A stretch of DNA of 64,000 nt, taken from contig OY761556.1 of the NCBI GenBank assembly GCA_963664705.1, positions 6,830,880-6,894,879 of the forward strand. The letters are read 5' to 3'. A model generated the notes under the pieces. The model had not been told where the DNA came from. It ran no database searches and saw only the letters and a program-made list of their open reading frames with translations. The translations under genes were made by a program, and so were the position numbers. The first letter of the stretch is position 1, and every line of letters starts with the position of its first letter. Shown one piece after another: positions 60,108 to 64,000 of the stretch. Origin of the DNA: Acidobacteriota bacterium (GTDB lineage: Bacteria > Acidobacteriota > UBA6911).

Positions 60108-61859
60108 ATGCCGAAAATATTCATCAGAGCACTGTTTGCCTGTTTTGTCCTGTCGATATGGGTCCGAATCGTGCCCGCTGCGCAGAGTCCGGATCCGACC
60201 GAGTTTCTTCAGCTGCCGGGCCTGACTGGCACGCGGGGTGGAAATCTTGTTGTATCCATCACTTCCGATCCATCCAATTTTAACCGGATGATGACGCCGG
60301 TTCTATCCAGCGCCATGGTTGCCGAGCGACTGGCTGCCGATCTTGTTCACATCAATCGCAGTGACTTCAAGCTCGAGCCATCGCTGGCCGCACGCTGGGA
60401 AGCGGATAAAAGCGGAAAAGTATATACAATCCATCTCCGGCGCGGCGTTCGCTTTTCCAATAACACTCCGTTAACTGCGGACGATGTTCTGTTCACCTGG
60501 CAGGTACTCACCGATCCGAATGTCCAGAGCGCTATGGCGGGGCAGGTGGAGACCAACGGCACATTCCCGGTCATGAGTAAAGTGGATGCCTACACCGTGC
60601 GGCTCACATTCCAGCAGTCGGTTGGAATGGGGTTGCGCATGCTGGATTCGATTCCTGTTCTGCCGAAAAATGTGCTCCAGAAACCATACCAGGAGGGGCG
60701 CCTGGACAAGGTCTGGGGACCCACGGTGAATCCCGCAGATGTCGTGGGGCTGGGCCCATTTCGGCTGAAAGAGTATCAACGGGGTGTGCGGGTTGTACTC
60801 GAGCGAAATCCCTACTACTGGAAAAAGGATCGTTCCGGCCAGGTTTTGCCGTATCTCGATTCCATCACGTACCTGATTATCCCCGACCTGAATTCGGAAG
60901 CCCTGCAGTTCAGGCAAGGCGAACTGGATCTGGTGAACTCCCTGAATCCTGAGAACTATGCCATGCTCCGGCGGGCTCCGGGCGCCAATACTCTAAAAGA
61001 CCTGGGTCCCGGGTTGGCAATGGACTTTATCTGGTTCAACCTGAACCAGGGGCGCAAACGCGATGGGAAGACGGTGATCGATTCTGAAAAGATGGCTGTC
61101 TTTGAAAAAACCGAATTCCGTCAGGCGGTTTCCTTTGCCCTGGACCGTAAAGGGATGGTGAACGCAATCCTGCTCGGACTTGGTACGCCTCAATACGGTC
61201 CGCTGAGTTCCGGAAATACCGCCTGGTACCATGGCGGGATTGATCGTACCGAATATAATCCCGGGCGTGCCAAGGCACTCCTGGCACAGGCAGGATTGAA
61301 GGATACCAACGGCGATGGAATTCTGGAATATGGGGCCAGGCGCCAGCCTCTCGAAATTGCCATGCTTACATCGCGCGGGAACAGCGTTCGCGAAAAGACC
61401 GCCGAAGTCGTGCGAGACAATCTTTTGAAGGTGGGGATTCGTGTCGGGATTCAAAATCTTCTGCCCAATGAGCTGGTGTCCAGATTCCTGGAAACCTATG
61501 ACTACGAGGCGGTCCTTTTTGGTTTTACCCCGACCGATGTTGCTCCCGATCTTCAAACGGACCTCTGGTACAGCAGCGGGAAGACGCATTTCTGGTGTCC
61601 GGATCAGGAAAAGCCAATGCGTCCCTGGGAAGCTACCATGGATTCTCTGGTGTCAACGCTGATCAAAAGCCTCGATCCTTCTGTCCGAAAAGCCACATTC
61701 GATCAGGTGCAGGGCCTATGGGCAAAGCAAATGCCGGCCATTCCCACGATGGCTCCCAATATTCTGTCCGGATGGAATAATCGGCTGAGCAATATTCGAC
61801 CCTCGGTCATGCGTCCGCACCTGATATGGAATGCGGAGGAAATCAGCAAGCGGAAATAG
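60108..61859 (+). CDS. ABC transporter substrate-binding protein, family 5
   Basis: PSLAARWE...YTIHLRRGVRFS...TADDVLFT, GPFRL, RNPYYW, FRQAVSFALDR. Confidence 0.93.
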   Translation: MPKIFIRALFACFVLSIWVRIVPAAQSPDPTEFLQLPGLTGTRGGNLVVSITSDPSNFNRMMTPVLSSAMVAERLAADLVHINRSDFKLEPSLAARWEADKSGKVYTIHLRRGVRFSNNTPLTADDVLFTWQVLTDPNVQSAMAGQVETNGTFPVMSKVDAYTVRLTFQQSVGMGLRMLDSIPVLPKNVLQKPYQEGRLDKVWGPTVNPADVVGLGPFRLKEYQRGVRVVLERNPYYWKKDRSGQVLPYLDSITYLIIPDLNSEALQFRQGELDLVNSLNPENYAMLRRAPGANTLKDLGPGLAMDFIWFNLNQGRKRDGKTVIDSEKMAVFEKTEFRQAVSFALDRKGMVNAILLGLGTPQYGPLSSGNTAWYHGGIDRTEYNPGRAKALLAQAGLKDTNGDGILEYGARRQPLEIAMLTSRGNSVREKTAEVVRDNLLKVGIRVGIQNLLPNELVSRFLETYDYEAVLFGFTPTDVAPDLQTDLWYSSGKTHFWCPDQEKPMRPWEATMDSLVSTLIKSLDPSVRKATFDQVQGLWAKQMPAIPTMAPNILSGWNNRLSNIRPSVMRPHLIWNAEEISKRK

Positions 61860-61957
61860 GTTATAGATATTTCCGGAATCCCTGTTTTCTTAAGGAAATG
61901 TCGGCTGCCGGTCGATAAAAGCAGGAGCTAACCAATATGGGACGATGGAGGTATTGA

Positions 61958-62323
61958 ATGGCGGGCGCATGCGGGCGTTCGGAGCCATTGGATCGCGGAA
62001 GATTGCTGCAGGATTGCGATGACGAGACCGCATTTGCGCATCGCTGTCTTCAGATTTTTGTCCGTGAAACGCAGAAGGACATGGCGGGCATTGCTGCAGC
62101 GTTCGAGCATCAGGACCTTCCAGCGGTTGCCAGGTTGGCTCATAGAATCAAAGGTGCCTCCGCATCCATCCGGGCGACGTTTTTGAGTGAGGAAGCCGCA
62201 CGACTGCAGACTTTTGGTGAGGAAATGGCTCAATTGGATGCAGTCGCATGCTTTTCACGACTGCAGACGGAATTCGAAAAATTTCAGCGATTTATCCTGA
62301 CACTTTCTTCGTTGTCGGATTGA
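61958..62323 (+). CDS. Hpt phosphotransfer protein
   Basis: LAHRIKGASASI motif. Confidence 0.88.
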   Translation: MAGACGRSEPLDRGRLLQDCDDETAFAHRCLQIFVRETQKDMAGIAAAFEHQDLPAVARLAHRIKGASASIRATFLSEEAARLQTFGEEMAQLDAVACFSRLQTEFEKFQRFILTLSSLSD

Positions 62324-62332
62324 GAGATTATT

Positions 62333-63061
62333 TTGTCTACGGAAGAACAGAATCAAGGTATCGAAACGGCTGAACCGCGCAAGCCTGTTATCGGGATATT
62401 GCTGGTCGACGATCATGAAGTTGTGCGTCTGGGGTTGCGCCACCTGATCGAAAAACAGCCGCATATGAAGATTGTGGGAGAGGCGGCCAGCGCCGAAGAA
62501 GCTCTCAAGATTGCCGCCGGGGAGAAGCCCGAGATCATCATCCTTGATTTATGCCTGGGGGCCGATAACGGCACCGATATTATCCCTGAACTTACGCAGG
62601 TTTCGGAAGAGTCCCGCATCATTGTGCTGACAGGGGTACAGGATGAAGAAGAGCTGCGCCGTGCCAGCCGTTTGGGCGCCATGGGCGTTATTGCCAAAGA
62701 TACGCCAATGCACATGGTGATCAAAGCGATTGACCGCGTGAACGCAGGCGAATTGTGGCTCAACCGCCGCCTGACAGCCGCACTGGTTGCCGATTTGAGA
62801 CGACCGGGCGAAGACTCGAACGGCAATGCGGAAGGGAAGTTGATTGCCCAGCTGACCGACCGGGAAATGGAAGTTATTTCCCTGATAGGGGAAGGATTGA
62901 AGAATAAGCAGATTGCAGATCGCCTGTTCATCAGCGAGACAACAGTCAGACATCACATCACGTCCATATTGAAGAAACTGCAGGTTTCCGACCGTCTTGA
63001 GCTTCTGATATTCGCCTATCGCAATAACCTCGTTGTCATGAAAAACTCCGCAAGAACCTAG
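62333..63061 (+). CDS. NarL/LuxR family response regulator
   Basis: LLVDDHEVVRLGL, IILD receiver; LTDREMEV...GLKNKQIADRLFISETTV HTH. Confidence 0.95.
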   Translation: MSTEEQNQGIETAEPRKPVIGILLVDDHEVVRLGLRHLIEKQPHMKIVGEAASAEEALKIAAGEKPEIIILDLCLGADNGTDIIPELTQVSEESRIIVLTGVQDEEELRRASRLGAMGVIAKDTPMHMVIKAIDRVNAGELWLNRRLTAALVADLRRPGEDSNGNAEGKLIAQLTDREMEVISLIGEGLKNKQIADRLFISETTVRHHITSILKKLQVSDRLELLIFAYRNNLVVMKNSART

Positions 63062-63365
63062 ACGCGCCTCCGACTTCTTTTCCCAAAGACATTCGGATCC
63101 GGCACCATTGTGCCATTCAGCAAGGAACGGGATTCGACACAATCGTTCCATGATAAATGGGAATTTTGTCCAATATTCCCGCGCACCTTCCCTGCCGAAA
63201 GCGCAAGTGAGCATAAAAGGCGGTTTCCACTCCGCCGACAGGAACGCTGCCGCGGCCTGTCGCTGCGAAATATTGCGCACGGAGTGGAAAGGGATTTGAC
63301 CCGGACGATTGGTCTTTCCCTGAAAGAGATTAGTGAATTCCCCGCAGCATAAACCCGCCTTGCTC

Positions 63366-63426
63366 CCGGCCGTCAGCCGATCGCTGGTCCCAAAGTGAAC
63401 TGACGGCCGGCTTCACTCCTTTTTTT
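63366..63426 (+). terminator. Putative intrinsic terminator-like structure
   Basis: CCGGCCGTCAG/CTGACGGCCGG 11-bp stem followed, after 9 nt, by a T7 run. Confidence 0.45.
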
Positions 63427-63666
63427 GAAAAATCCCCTATGGCATTGGTGGTTCCTTTATGGTGGTCGTTTCCTTATATCACTGAAAAAAATGGGCTTTT
63501 GGCCGCCAATGGCACAATTGTGCCGTTGGCAGCGGTCAAAGAGCCCATAGATATCCGGATAGTCCCGACACAACCGTTCTACTAAAAATGGGAATATCCT
63601 CCAATATTTGCCCCCAATCCTTCTGCCGAAAAAGCGCGAGTACAAACAAACAAGCCGAGGAGAGAG

Positions 63667-64000
63667 ATGATGAACATCCCGAAACGTTCCCTGGAGAAAC
63701 TGGTTTTCGCGATTATCGCCGCGATGCTGGTTTTCGTAGCGCCGGCCGTTTCCAGCCAATCAAGCAAGCTTGAACATGCGCTGGAAGTTCTTGATAGCAA
63801 GACTATCGATCAAGGCAGCATCGCCAGCTTCATCATTCAGTTTGTCGAGGATGAGGCCATGGTCGGAACTTCTGCAAACAAGCAGGAACTCAAACGCGCT
63901 GCCAAGCTGGCGCGCAAACAGGCCATCGTGGCTGCGGGAGGCGAAGCGGGATTGGAGTTCGACAACTTCCCCATCCATACGGCGAAGCTGAACTACGGTG
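63667..64000 (+). CDS. Secreted protein N-terminus (partial), possibly an S8 protease propeptide
   Basis: GAGGAG RBS; manual translation MMNIPKRSLEKLVFAIIAAMLVFVAPAVSSQSSKLEHAL...FIIQF...AAGGEAGLEFDNFPIHTAKL, open to the window end. Confidence 0.6.
   Translation, partial: MMNIPKRSLEKLVFAIIAAMLVFVAPAVSSQSSKLEHALEVLDSKTIDQGSIASFIIQFVEDEAMVGTSANKQELKRAAKLARKQAIVAAGGEAGLEFDNFPIHTAKLNYG

Noticed and set aside
63510-63525. Sigma-54 promoter at TGGCACAATTGTGCC
   Set aside because: GG-to-GC spacing is one base short; treated as a palindromic site instead.

Overview
A GC-rich bacterial chromosomal window; the Oar-type TonB-dependent receptor, PadR/permease-prefix pair, tungsten-family AOR, multiheme cytochrome and selenoproteins suggest an anaerobic Acidobacteriota-like organism (inference). 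It holds about 50 mostly accessory envelope, redox and regulatory genes, one tRNA-Ser(TGA), and intergenic clusters of REP-like hairpins. Two different mobile elements interrupt these REPs, each at a CT dinucleotide. (1) A compact 1.77-kb element (31987-33751) encodes only two paralogous DUF1670-like proteins. It has no terminal inverted repeats, and its removal exactly restores a 15-bp REP inverted repeat. Its joined ends create a TTGACA-17-TATGAT promoter, and it carries a hairpin leader and an A-AAA-AAC frameshift site. This is the best candidate for an undescribed system. (2) An IS1111-type IS110 element (40113-41652) has a 3' non-coding end containing a readable bridge/seekRNA whose guides match its REP target and its own circle junction. 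Two ORF pairs split by the ORF track are single UGSC-family selenoproteins (USSC and UDGC) with SECIS-like hairpins. All family assignments come from recognising motifs by eye; no searches were run.
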